A model generated the notes under the pieces. That model ran no database searches. It had not been told where the DNA came from and saw only the letters and a program-made list of their open reading frames with translations. Shown here piece after piece: positions 37,588 to 45,728 of a stretch of DNA of 64,000 nucleotides (position 1 is the stretch's first letter; each line of letters begins with the position of its first letter). The stretch lies in the IMG/VR virus record IMGVR_UViG_3300022562_001605, positions 1-64,000 of that record. The stretch is one strand, 5' to 3'. Made by a program: the position numbers and the translations under genes. Origin of the DNA: a virus (Duplodnaviria > Caudoviricetes).

Positions 37588-38158
37588 TGTTATTTTCCTT
37601 TATATGTTTTATAATTATATCTACCCGTTCAGATAGTTCATCTGTTTCTATTATTGAAACTCTGTCACTATATACCATTTGTTTGGTAATGTCAAGCATC
37701 GTATGATCTATTAACCTACTGTAATGTCTATTAATACTTCTAACACCGTCGCGTTCAACATCTGATACCAAAAGCGGTTTTATGTAAAAAACATGCTCGT
37801 AGGCATGACAATAATTCTTACAAGTTTCAAAATAGTTATCTAACCATTCATCAAATTTATTATATTGACCAAAGGCGATTAAGGCATATGTAAATAAATC
37901 TGAAAAAGTTCTTTCAGTAAAATATATTTCGGAACTTAGGGTAGCTTCAATTTCATCGGCGTATTTTCTACGAACTAATTCGTCTTGAAAGGCCAGTTTT
38001 AGGTCAAAATCTGCATTAACGACATCGAGAGTAACACCCCATTCGTCCAAGATTGACCGTGCGGTTTTTCTTTCAATTACAGGATAACCTAATTTCTTAA
38101 CTTCATTTAAGATAGTAGATTTTCCCGAACCTTGTGAACCTGCTATTGCTATTAACAT
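37568..38158 (-). CDS. P-loop NMP-kinase-like ATPase (AAA_28/NadR type)
   Basis: IAIAGSQGSGKST, FTERTFSDLFTY, DGVR; start re-called to ATG 38158. Confidence 0.8.
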   Translation of the reverse strand: MLIAIAGSQGSGKSTILNEVKKLGYPVIERKTARSILDEWGVTLDVVNADFDLKLAFQDELVRRKYADEIEATLSSEIYFTERTFSDLFTYALIAFGQYNKFDEWLDNYFETCKNYCHAYEHVFYIKPLLVSDVERDGVRSINRHYSRLIDHTMLDITKQMVYSDRVSIIETDELSERVDIIIKHIKENNNDNQTS

Positions 38159-38178
38159 ATTTTTCTTCTTATTATTAA

Positions 38179-38398
38179 TGGACGTTGATGAAAAGATCAA
38201 CAAAAGGAAACGGTAACAAAAGGTATACAATCAACACAGATGAAACGGCGGCTCTAATTTTGGGGGACATTCAAAACAAGGAACATATCTCCATAAAAGT
38301 TTGACCCATAACAATGCCATTATCAACTTAGGTTAACTATCATAGACCGAAGTCTATTGATAGCTGTTTCTTTTCATATCACCAATCAACAACGTCCA
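38179..38398 (-). ncRNA. candidate ~220 nt structured RNA
   Basis: Ends pair (UGGACGUUG/CAACGUCCA and AUGAAAAGA/UCUUUUCAU); internal CUUCGG hairpin 38336-38364. Confidence 0.55.
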
Positions 38399-38403
38399 AA
38401 TCA

Positions 38404-38985
38404 TTAAATAGTTTGTGATTTTTCTAATAATGATACTATATCATCACTTATTTCAATTTTAGTTGTTGCATTTAAAGCGGCAAGGTTATCATCACATTGA
38501 TCAACTAACCGCTGTGTTTCACGCAAAGATAAACATGCGTGATCATATAATGAATCTGTTATAGCAACAAAATCAACAGAATCCGATCTTCCATAAAAAT
38601 CATCTTTACCACTTTCCGCACGCATACGCTTTGCAGCGACTGTACGCGTAATAATATCTTCAGATTTTAAATCTTCGCCTGCGGTAACAATATCATCCCA
38701 AACGCAAAGAAGTTTGAGTAATTTATCGCGTTGTGCAATTATAGAATTTATACCGGATTGTTCATTAGCTACCTGAATTGCGCGGCGAATATCGGCGCGA
38801 GCAGTGATTAACGCGACCATAGTTTCAACGCGTTCTCCAACTGCAACTGCTTCTTTTTCAATTATTTCTTTAACGGTAGAACCACTAAAAATGTTGATGT
38901 GGGAAATAAGGGGGTAACCCTTACGCATTCCTTTTTCTTGAATTCTACGTTCAATTCTACGTGCTTCTTTTAGTGATACTAACAT
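38404..38985 (-). CDS. helical coiled-coil hypothetical protein
   Basis: 193 aa; SLKEARRIERRI..IRRAIQVAN..LAALNATTKIEI. Confidence 0.7.
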   Translation of the reverse strand: MLVSLKEARRIERRIQEKGMRKGYPLISHINIFSGSTVKEIIEKEAVAVGERVETMVALITARADIRRAIQVANEQSGINSIIAQRDKLLKLLCVWDDIVTAGEDLKSEDIITRTVAAKRMRAESGKDDFYGRSDSVDFVAITDSLYDHACLSLRETQRLVDQCDDNLAALNATTKIEISDDIVSLLEKSQTI

Positions 38986-39608
38986 TATATCTTTCTCCTG
39001 TTATAATCGTCGTAATAATCTTGAAATCTGTCTGGAACTACTAATTTCCAACCCGGGTATTTCAGTTTTAAACGATGGACGTGATTATCCATCATTCTAT
39101 AAAATTCTTCTTGTGTCATATCTTGTTGTACGATAGTTAATTCATGATATCTACTATCATACGTAAAATCTGAAGTCAATCGTAATTTCTTTCCGTTTGA
39201 ATACGCTTTACATAACCCAATATCAAAATATTGGTTAACGAATTTTTCGGGATTCATGTCTAAAATAATTATGTTATAAACTGTACCGTCGTGTTTTTCA
39301 ATTTCCCATACTAAATCAATATGGTTTCTGTGTGTACAACTGGCATCATCGCTATCCGATGCATTAAAAATAGAATCACAAAGGATTCCATCTAAATTAA
39401 GGTCTAATAATTCAACCCAAAATTCTTCGTCATAGATATCCTCTTCACATCCCTCAGAAGATATGAAGAAATCATAATCTTTTATTTCCTTATTGTGATA
39501 GGCGTCACGAATTGCACCGCCTGCTAAAATAACATCCGGTACATATTTTTTTATTTGTTTAAGAATTAAAAAACCGTGATCTAGTTTTTTTAAATTAGCA
39601 GCGTTCAC
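38985..39608 (-). CDS. Pol-beta superfamily nucleotidyltransferase (CCA/poly(A) polymerase head-like)
   Basis: ILAGGAIRDAY..KDYDFF, FDIGLCK. Confidence 0.8.
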   Translation of the reverse strand: MNAANLKKLDHGFLILKQIKKYVPDVILAGGAIRDAYHNKEIKDYDFFISSEGCEEDIYDEEFWVELLDLNLDGILCDSIFNASDSDDASCTHRNHIDLVWEIEKHDGTVYNIIILDMNPEKFVNQYFDIGLCKAYSNGKKLRLTSDFTYDSRYHELTIVQQDMTQEEFYRMMDNHVHRLKLKYPGWKLVVPDRFQDYYDDYNRRKI

Positions 39609-39623
39609 GAATTATTATAACCT

Positions 39624-39839
39624 TTATTGGTCGTTATTCGTGGTATTATAATCCTGTTTGTTTAATTTGTCAAGCGCCATAACCATGTCTGCGACGAGCA
39701 TGTTGTTCTTTTTTAGTTTCTTCTTGTAGGTATCGCGTTTAACTTTAGTTTTGGCGGTGTCCACTTTTTCTTTATATTCTGTTGATAACCTAATAGCGTC
39801 TTGAATTTCTGCTATAAGAGCGTCCTTTACCATACTCAT
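39624..39839 (-). CDS. basic hypothetical protein
   Basis: KRDTYKKKLKKNN. Confidence 0.55.
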   Translation of the reverse strand: MSMVKDALIAEIQDAIRLSTEYKEKVDTAKTKVKRDTYKKKLKKNNMLVADMVMALDKLNKQDYNTTNNDQ

Positions 39840-40168
39840 TTTAATTCATTACCTTTTTTATTTTCTTGTTCTTGTTCTTGTTCTTGTTCTTGTTCTTGTT
39901 TTTTTTCTTCTTCCAAAGCGCGTTGTCTTAAGATAGCATCTATAACATTAATACCATTTTGAACTTGTAATGCAATTTCAGCATGGCCGACTTGATAAGC
40001 CTTCGCCATTCTTTCACCTAAGATGATACGCTGATTCCAAAGTTGATTCACATCCATCAGAGGCCATTTGTCTGGGGTAACTTGTTCTATTTTTTGACGT
40101 GTAACAGGCGTAACTTTTGCTGTAGTGTCAACAGACACAGAACCTGTAAAATCTTTTATATTTGGCAT
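39836..40168 (-). CDS. hypothetical protein with EQ repeat tail
   Basis: GGAG SD; 110 aa. Confidence 0.6.
   Translation of the reverse strand: MPNIKDFTGSVSVDTTAKVTPVTRQKIEQVTPDKWPLMDVNQLWNQRIILGERMAKAYQVGHAEIALQVQNGINVIDAILRQRALEEEKKQEQEQEQEQEQENKKGNELK
39863..39898. repeat. (TTCTTG)6 microsatellite
   Basis: Six perfect hexamers encoding an EQ repeat. Confidence 0.9.
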
Positions 40169-40207
40169 TATACTTCTCCATTATTGTATTATATATTGTA
40201 GAAAAAA

Positions 40208-41065
40208 TCAATTAGGCAAGCCAGATATCTTCATCATTTGGGCATTGCCCATAGTAACAAGCTGATATGACTGTGAGCCGTCTGCTGATTTCGTTTTCTT
40301 AACAGGTATATCAGTTCCTGCCAGAATGTCCTTGCGTATATCAAGCTCATCGTTAGTGGCATTGTGAATATTATAAATCCACAGTTCTTCAAAAGTTCCG
40401 TCTTCGGTTTGGCGTTTGTATATTAGATGGGCGTTGTTTACAACTCTAATAACACCTGCACGGTCTGGATTTTCAAATTCCTGTATTTCAGGTTTTTCAG
40501 GAATTACTGGCATGTTGCCACCTTCGTCGCCCGGAGCGCCTTGTGGTAATGTATTGCCTTCAGCGCCCATTCCTGCGGCCATTGGGTTACCTGCTGTTTC
40601 GTCTTCGTCACTTAAACCAAATTCTTTTCTGAAACGGGTATAATAACTAACAGCGGTTGAATGTGTTACTTTTACTTCCTTTTCAAATCTTTCTATAACA
40701 TCGGTTCTAGTAGATTCTTTATCTGCCATCATTTCTTTAAAAATACGGCGAGCTTGTTCAATTTTTACACCCTTTTGCTCTGCTTCTTCTTCATATGAAT
40801 CACCATCATCGTCAAATTGAGTAAGTTGGGCTGAATGATATGGTTTTGTAGCCATGGGCATTGAACCACCCATACCTTGGAATAATTCAGAAAGTAAGCT
40901 TTCACCTATAGCACCGCCGTCGCCCGACATATTTCCACCCGTGCCTGTAGTATACCAACTATCAGCCAATCCGCCCTTTGTTTTCTTAGGTTTTGGGGGA
41001 GTCGCGGCGGTTTTTATGTGCTTTTTTTCAATAAAATCCTTGAGTGAGAATTTGTTTTCAGACAT
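40208..41065 (-). CDS. late hypothetical protein (HTH-like middle, low-complexity linkers)
   Basis: GAGG SD; TATAAATA at 41089-41096. Confidence 0.7.
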   Translation of the reverse strand: MSENKFSLKDFIEKKHIKTAATPPKPKKTKGGLADSWYTTGTGGNMSGDGGAIGESLLSELFQGMGGSMPMATKPYHSAQLTQFDDDGDSYEEEAEQKGVKIEQARRIFKEMMADKESTRTDVIERFEKEVKVTHSTAVSYYTRFRKEFGLSDEDETAGNPMAAGMGAEGNTLPQGAPGDEGGNMPVIPEKPEIQEFENPDRAGVIRVVNNAHLIYKRQTEDGTFEELWIYNIHNATNDELDIRKDILAGTDIPVKKTKSADGSQSYQLVTMGNAQMMKISGLPN

Positions 41066-41088
41066 TGCTATTCCTCTTGTACATTAAG

Positions 41089-41135
41089 TATTTATACATT
41101 TACTGAAAGAGTGCCGTTTTTGTAAGTTATAAATA
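41089..41135. promoter_or_regulatory. divergent pair of T4-late-type TATAAATA promoters
   Basis: TATAAATA minus at 41089-41096 and plus at 41128-41135, each upstream of an SD+ATG. Confidence 0.75.
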
Positions 41136-41159
41136 AAGGAAAGAATTTTGAGGTAATCT

Positions 41160-41615
41160 ATGACTAAAAAGCGCGTTCGTGGTAATCCACTCCCATTAAT
41201 TGTTGAAAATCATCCAGAAAGTTACGACGGATACCCATTTATTACCCTAATCCAATATCGCGATGAAGAAGTCTTGGGTATTGTTGATAATATAACAGAT
41301 AAAATGGTAAAAGCCTATATTTTGGACTTGTGTGGTCCGTCGCAAGTTGATGAAGAAAGTATAATTAATGTTGCTAGTGAATGGTATGCGAAATCTAAGG
41401 ATAGATATCCACTTTCTTTTGAATTTTCTAAATTAGGAATGTCCGAAACTGTACGTGGAATATATCGTTCATATCCTGTTGGATTTGTTACACGCGTTAT
41501 AGGCCCTTTACCACGATTTGAAATGGGTGAGGTTAAAAGCGTCAAGCGTCGTCGAAGAAAGCCAATATCTTCAAATATTGAAGTTCAAAATCATAAAATT
41601 TTAATAATGGATTAG
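41160..41615 (+). CDS. hypothetical late protein
   Basis: YPFITL..YRDEEVLGIVDN; GAGG SD. Confidence 0.7.
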   Translation: MTKKRVRGNPLPLIVENHPESYDGYPFITLIQYRDEEVLGIVDNITDKMVKAYILDLCGPSQVDEESIINVASEWYAKSKDRYPLSFEFSKLGMSETVRGIYRSYPVGFVTRVIGPLPRFEMGEVKSVKRRRRKPISSNIEVQNHKILIMD

Positions 41616-42157
41616 GATTTCTTTTGTTTAGAAAGGAATGCTTTCTGTTTTAATTCTTCTTGGATTTGCTGTATCATAGACCAAGATTCCCCAAATGCAT
41701 TTGCAGCATGTACATCTACAGTAGTGCGCGTATCTTGCGCAGATACACCCATTGGTCCAGGTTCTGATGTTGGTTCATTAGATGTTGATTGTGGTGCACT
41801 AGTACCTCGCGCAGGTGCGTTTTGTGCTGCTATTTTTTGAAGCTCTTCCATATCTCCAGCATATGCGTACTTTTCACCTTCAGGTGTCAAGCTGCCAGTT
41901 TCATCTGCAAGATTTTCACTCTTTAATGCGGCCATACCTTCATCAGTCAATTCTGCTTCTTCAGCATCGTCATCAACGTAAATAAGTCCTAATTCTACAA
42001 GCGTATTTCGATCTACTACAACATCCCTATTTGTAGTAATTTGACTATAAACAGCATGGGGGGTTGTTTCAGGCAAAGCAAGCTTAGCCAGTATAAACTT
42101 TTGGGTTTGACTTAATCTAACATTCGTAAGAACGTGAACTTCATTTACTGTATCCAT
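41612..42157 (-). CDS. late hypothetical protein, N-terminal winged-helix-like
   Basis: LVELGLI..AELTDEG; CATAAATA at 42163-42170. Confidence 0.6.
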   Translation of the reverse strand: MDTVNEVHVLTNVRLSQTQKFILAKLALPETTPHAVYSQITTNRDVVVDRNTLVELGLIYVDDDAEEAELTDEGMAALKSENLADETGSLTPEGEKYAYAGDMEELQKIAAQNAPARGTSAPQSTSNEPTSEPGPMGVSAQDTRTTVDVHAANAFGESWSMIQQIQEELKQKAFLSKQKKS

Positions 42158-42174
42158 AGGTGTATTTATGGTTA

Positions 42175-42759
42175 TTAGATTATTTTTGCTTTAATTAGAT
42201 GGAGTTGCAATACAATATTTAATGCATAAGCTAACGCATGTGCGCGTTTAAAGTAGTATTTTTCGGGGTCATCGGGTTTACGATATATCTCTTCCCTGAT
42301 AATCTTTCTTGTTTGGGGATTGATATATGATTCTAATAAATGACGTTTACCCGGACGAATCAGTGCAATAGTATCTGCAAGTTCTTCGATAGACTGTGGT
42401 TTTATTTTATAAATAATGTCAAAATGCCTGTGTATCTGAAACAATTTTTCAACAGTTTCTTGATTTTCCAATAATGTCCAATCAGGTTCACGTTTAAGAA
42501 GTGCACGAATTTCTTCTTTATTTTCAAAAATATCAAGCAATGAAAGGTGTAAAAAATCAATCTTAAAATAACCTAATTCTTCTGCTTGTTCAAATGGTAT
42601 GGCGGATAATCCTGTAACCTTATCTTTTGCAATATTTTGTAGGTATGCCCCCGCAGGATGTTTTTTTAGTTCACCATTATCTACCCGCGAAGCATAGACT
42701 GCGGTAGGGAAATATTCAAGTGGGTCAAAATCGGTTTTAAAATCTATATCTATATCCAT
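42175..42759 (-). CDS. dnaE: DNA polymerase III alpha (family C) catalytic fragment, C-terminal piece
   Basis: Begins MDIDIDF; KHPAG, GYFKIDFL, LALIRP-like IALIRPG, YFKRAHALAY. Confidence 0.8.
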   Translation of the reverse strand: MDIDIDFKTDFDPLEYFPTAVYASRVDNGELKKHPAGAYLQNIAKDKVTGLSAIPFEQAEELGYFKIDFLHLSLLDIFENKEEIRALLKREPDWTLLENQETVEKLFQIHRHFDIIYKIKPQSIEELADTIALIRPGKRHLLESYINPQTRKIIREEIYRKPDDPEKYYFKRAHALAYALNIVLQLHLIKAKII

Positions 42760-42780
42760 TTAACAAGGATATCAGATTGT

Positions 42781-43149
42781 TTACATTTCATCAAGTATTT
42801 TAACGGCTTCTTCTACTATTATTTCAATATTGGCGTTTTCATCATGGAGCATAATGTTACCGCGCATACGAATTTCTTCAATTTCCGCAGCAATGTGTAA
42901 CCATTTGGCGCGTTGTTCTATAATACCATCAGCAACGTGTTGTGCAGTTTTACCAGTGGCATTAACTTCAGCTTCAAGCAAAGGATAGCTTGAAAGAAGG
43001 TTAACTGGATATCTAGCAGCAACGAAATCAGCCGCTTCATCGGCCTTTTCTTGATACACCATCATTTGACCAATATTAGAAACGGTGTGCCTACTATGCG
43101 CTTTACCTGCGGCATAGTTTATTTGATAGATTGCATCTTTTAATCGCAT
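42781..43149 (-). CDS. tail fibre assembly-like protein
   Basis: IGQMMVYQEKADEA..YPLLEAEVNATG..VADGII..WLHIAAEIEEIR. Confidence 0.6.
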   Translation of the reverse strand: MRLKDAIYQINYAAGKAHSRHTVSNIGQMMVYQEKADEAADFVAARYPVNLLSSYPLLEAEVNATGKTAQHVADGIIEQRAKWLHIAAEIEEIRMRGNIMLHDENANIEIIVEEAVKILDEM

Positions 43150-43150
43150 A

Positions 43151-45718
43151 TTAGAATAATAACTTACCTATTACGTTACCTTCAACCGCAGAATCGGCAG
43201 TACTTGTAATTTGGAATGTAATATCGTTCGATGTTATAGCCGTTGGATTAATCGTACGTCCTGTTGTACTAAACAATACACTTAATGCAAAACCAACTTC
43301 TGTAGTTCCAAGATTATGAACGACTGTAAAGTTTCCAACACCGTTGTAGATTGTATACCATCCAGAAGGAAGTGAAGTTTCGAGTATTCCCAACGTTGGT
43401 GAACCTATAGCAGGAGAACCGATGCCCGGAGGTAATGGTGAACCATTTGGTGAACCATATGCCTGTCCTGTTGTTATATTAATATAGTATTCTTTTGGTA
43501 CACCAACCCATGCAGCACCGTCATAAACTTTAACTTTATTAAGGTCTGTATCATAAACTGTGCCGCCTTCTACACCAACAGGAAGACCCGCTGTTGTATA
43601 GTTTGGTTGTACATATTGTGCTTTATCACCCGTAAGTGTTAATACACCATTATCGGATAACAACATAAAGAATTCTGTTGTTGCAGGAGAACCTGTTCCA
43701 ACTGGCGAACCATATGCACCGATACCAAGCATTACACTATTTGATGTAACGTTTGTTAAATTGTGGCCTATTGTAATAGGATGTGTAATAGTAGGTGGCG
43801 AGCCTGTCGCTCCAGAAACTACATTCGTACCTATACTTATACTATTATCGGCGTATGCTGCGGCATTTGCACCTAAAGCAATAGCATAATCAAAATCTGC
43901 TATGGCATCTGGACCAATTGCAATTGCGTGATTACCTGGGTTAGTCGTGGCACCCACTCTACCTGCGATAGCACCAGTCGTACCACTACCTATAGCTATA
44001 CAACTTGTTTGATATGCCTTAGCGTTATATCCAATGGCAATAGTTTCGTAACCTACAAAAGTATTAGTGCCTGCGGTTGAACCAGAAAATGCATTTTTAC
44101 CTATAGCGATATTTCGTTGGTCTTTTGTCTGCGCATCCCTTCCAATACAAACAGAATCTGTACCAGTTGGAATGTTATTATATCCTATTCCAACACTATA
44201 TGCACCACCTGGGCCTGCTCCATAACCAACAGCGGTTGCATAGTTAGCACCACAATCTGAACCTTGACCAATTGCTACGCCACCGATTCTATCTGCTATT
44301 GCATTTGCACCAACAGCCGTACCACCTTCGTCAGTTATTGCACCATTTGTTTGACCTGCCAAGGCATTATATCCGATTGCTACCGTGTATCTTTCTCTTG
44401 CAGTTGCAAGATTGCCCACGGAAACAGAAGAAAGACCATATGCAGTACTACTAGTACCCAATGCAACAGTATAACTTTGTGATGCAACGGTATTACTACC
44501 AATAGCTATTGATTCTTGGTAGGTAGGTGAACCAGATCCTGAAACTGCATTATTACCAATTGCAATAGAATTTATTCCTGGTGCGAGTGGAGCGGTTGTA
44601 AAGTTTGCACCTGCGTTTCCTATTAACCAGTTATATGAACCAAGTGGAACCCAAGCAGAACCATTATAAACTTTAATTTCAACGGTATCTGTATCAAAAA
44701 CAGTACCACCCAAAACACCAACTGGTAATCCAGCTGTTGTATAATTTGGGTGTACATATTGTGCTTTTGCACCAGATAATGTTAATACACCATTGTCTGA
44801 CATTAACATGTAGAATGTTTCAATCGGTGAACCGTGTGCGGCCTGTCCGATCATAACACTGCTTGCTGTTGTGTTTGTAAGATTATAACCAATAGTAGTT
44901 GCGTAATCTAAATTTGTCTGTGTTGAATATCCTAATGCTATCGAATTAGTTCCACGACAATCAGCATTTGCACCTACTGCTATTCCACCAACGCGTTGTC
45001 CTTGTGTTCCACCAACTATTGCATTAGCACCAAGTGCAAGTGAATCTTGTGATTTAGCAGTTGCATATGCACCAAAGGCAGTTGCGCGTTGTTTATCTGT
45101 TGCACTTAGTGGTGAACCCAATGGCGAACCTGTGAATCCAGAAGCAATTGCTTGATAACCAACAGCAGTACAATCTGTTGCATATGCATTTGTATATGCA
45201 CCAATTGCGATAGTTCCTGTTAATGTGCTACCAGCATCTTTAATATAACCCGCCTGCGCAGCTTCACCAATTGCAATATTTTCATAACCGCGTGTTATTG
45301 CTTGATAACCAATTGCGATAGATGCCCAACCACCAAATGCTTCAACCGAATCGGCGACGGCTTCTTGACCAATTGCGATACTATAATTACCACGGGCATG
45401 TGCAACTTCACCAATAGAGATTGTACCATCGATTGTTGGTGAACCAAGACCCGCACCATTACCAATAGAAATAGAGCCTATACCAGGTGCTACCGGTGTA
45501 ATAGAAAAATCTGCACCATTATTAGCCGTTATCCAATTATTTGCACCTTCAATTCCAGCTTCTGCTAATGTCGCGTTTCTCCATCCTATTGGCGATCCAC
45601 CATAAAACATTATTTCTCCAGGTGCAACTGAAGTTATATTAACATCACCAATTGTGTTCAGCGTAAGCGAACCACCCAATTCCGTAACGTCTATTTGAAA
45701 TGATTTAATACGTGGCAT
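43151..45718 (-). CDS. tail fibre/spike with YadA-head (Hep/Hag) repeats
   Basis: Many (S/A)IAIGxxAxA repeats in two blocks, each followed by a duplicated ~70 aa module; 13 GSP motifs. Confidence 0.8.
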   Translation of the reverse strand: MPRIKSFQIDVTELGGSLTLNTIGDVNITSVAPGEIMFYGGSPIGWRNATLAEAGIEGANNWITANNGADFSITPVAPGIGSISIGNGAGLGSPTIDGTISIGEVAHARGNYSIAIGQEAVADSVEAFGGWASIAIGYQAITRGYENIAIGEAAQAGYIKDAGSTLTGTIAIGAYTNAYATDCTAVGYQAIASGFTGSPLGSPLSATDKQRATAFGAYATAKSQDSLALGANAIVGGTQGQRVGGIAVGANADCRGTNSIALGYSTQTNLDYATTIGYNLTNTTASSVMIGQAAHGSPIETFYMLMSDNGVLTLSGAKAQYVHPNYTTAGLPVGVLGGTVFDTDTVEIKVYNGSAWVPLGSYNWLIGNAGANFTTAPLAPGINSIAIGNNAVSGSGSPTYQESIAIGSNTVASQSYTVALGTSSTAYGLSSVSVGNLATARERYTVAIGYNALAGQTNGAITDEGGTAVGANAIADRIGGVAIGQGSDCGANYATAVGYGAGPGGAYSVGIGYNNIPTGTDSVCIGRDAQTKDQRNIAIGKNAFSGSTAGTNTFVGYETIAIGYNAKAYQTSCIAIGSGTTGAIAGRVGATTNPGNHAIAIGPDAIADFDYAIALGANAAAYADNSISIGTNVVSGATGSPPTITHPITIGHNLTNVTSNSVMLGIGAYGSPVGTGSPATTEFFMLLSDNGVLTLTGDKAQYVQPNYTTAGLPVGVEGGTVYDTDLNKVKVYDGAAWVGVPKEYYINITTGQAYGSPNGSPLPPGIGSPAIGSPTLGILETSLPSGWYTIYNGVGNFTVVHNLGTTEVGFALSVLFSTTGRTINPTAITSNDITFQITSTADSAVEGNVIGKLLF

Positions 45719-45728
45719 TATTATTTCC

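Noticed and set aside
43151-45718. Bacterial trimeric autotransporter
   Set aside because: No signal peptide or C-terminal beta-barrel anchor; flanked by tail assembly genes.
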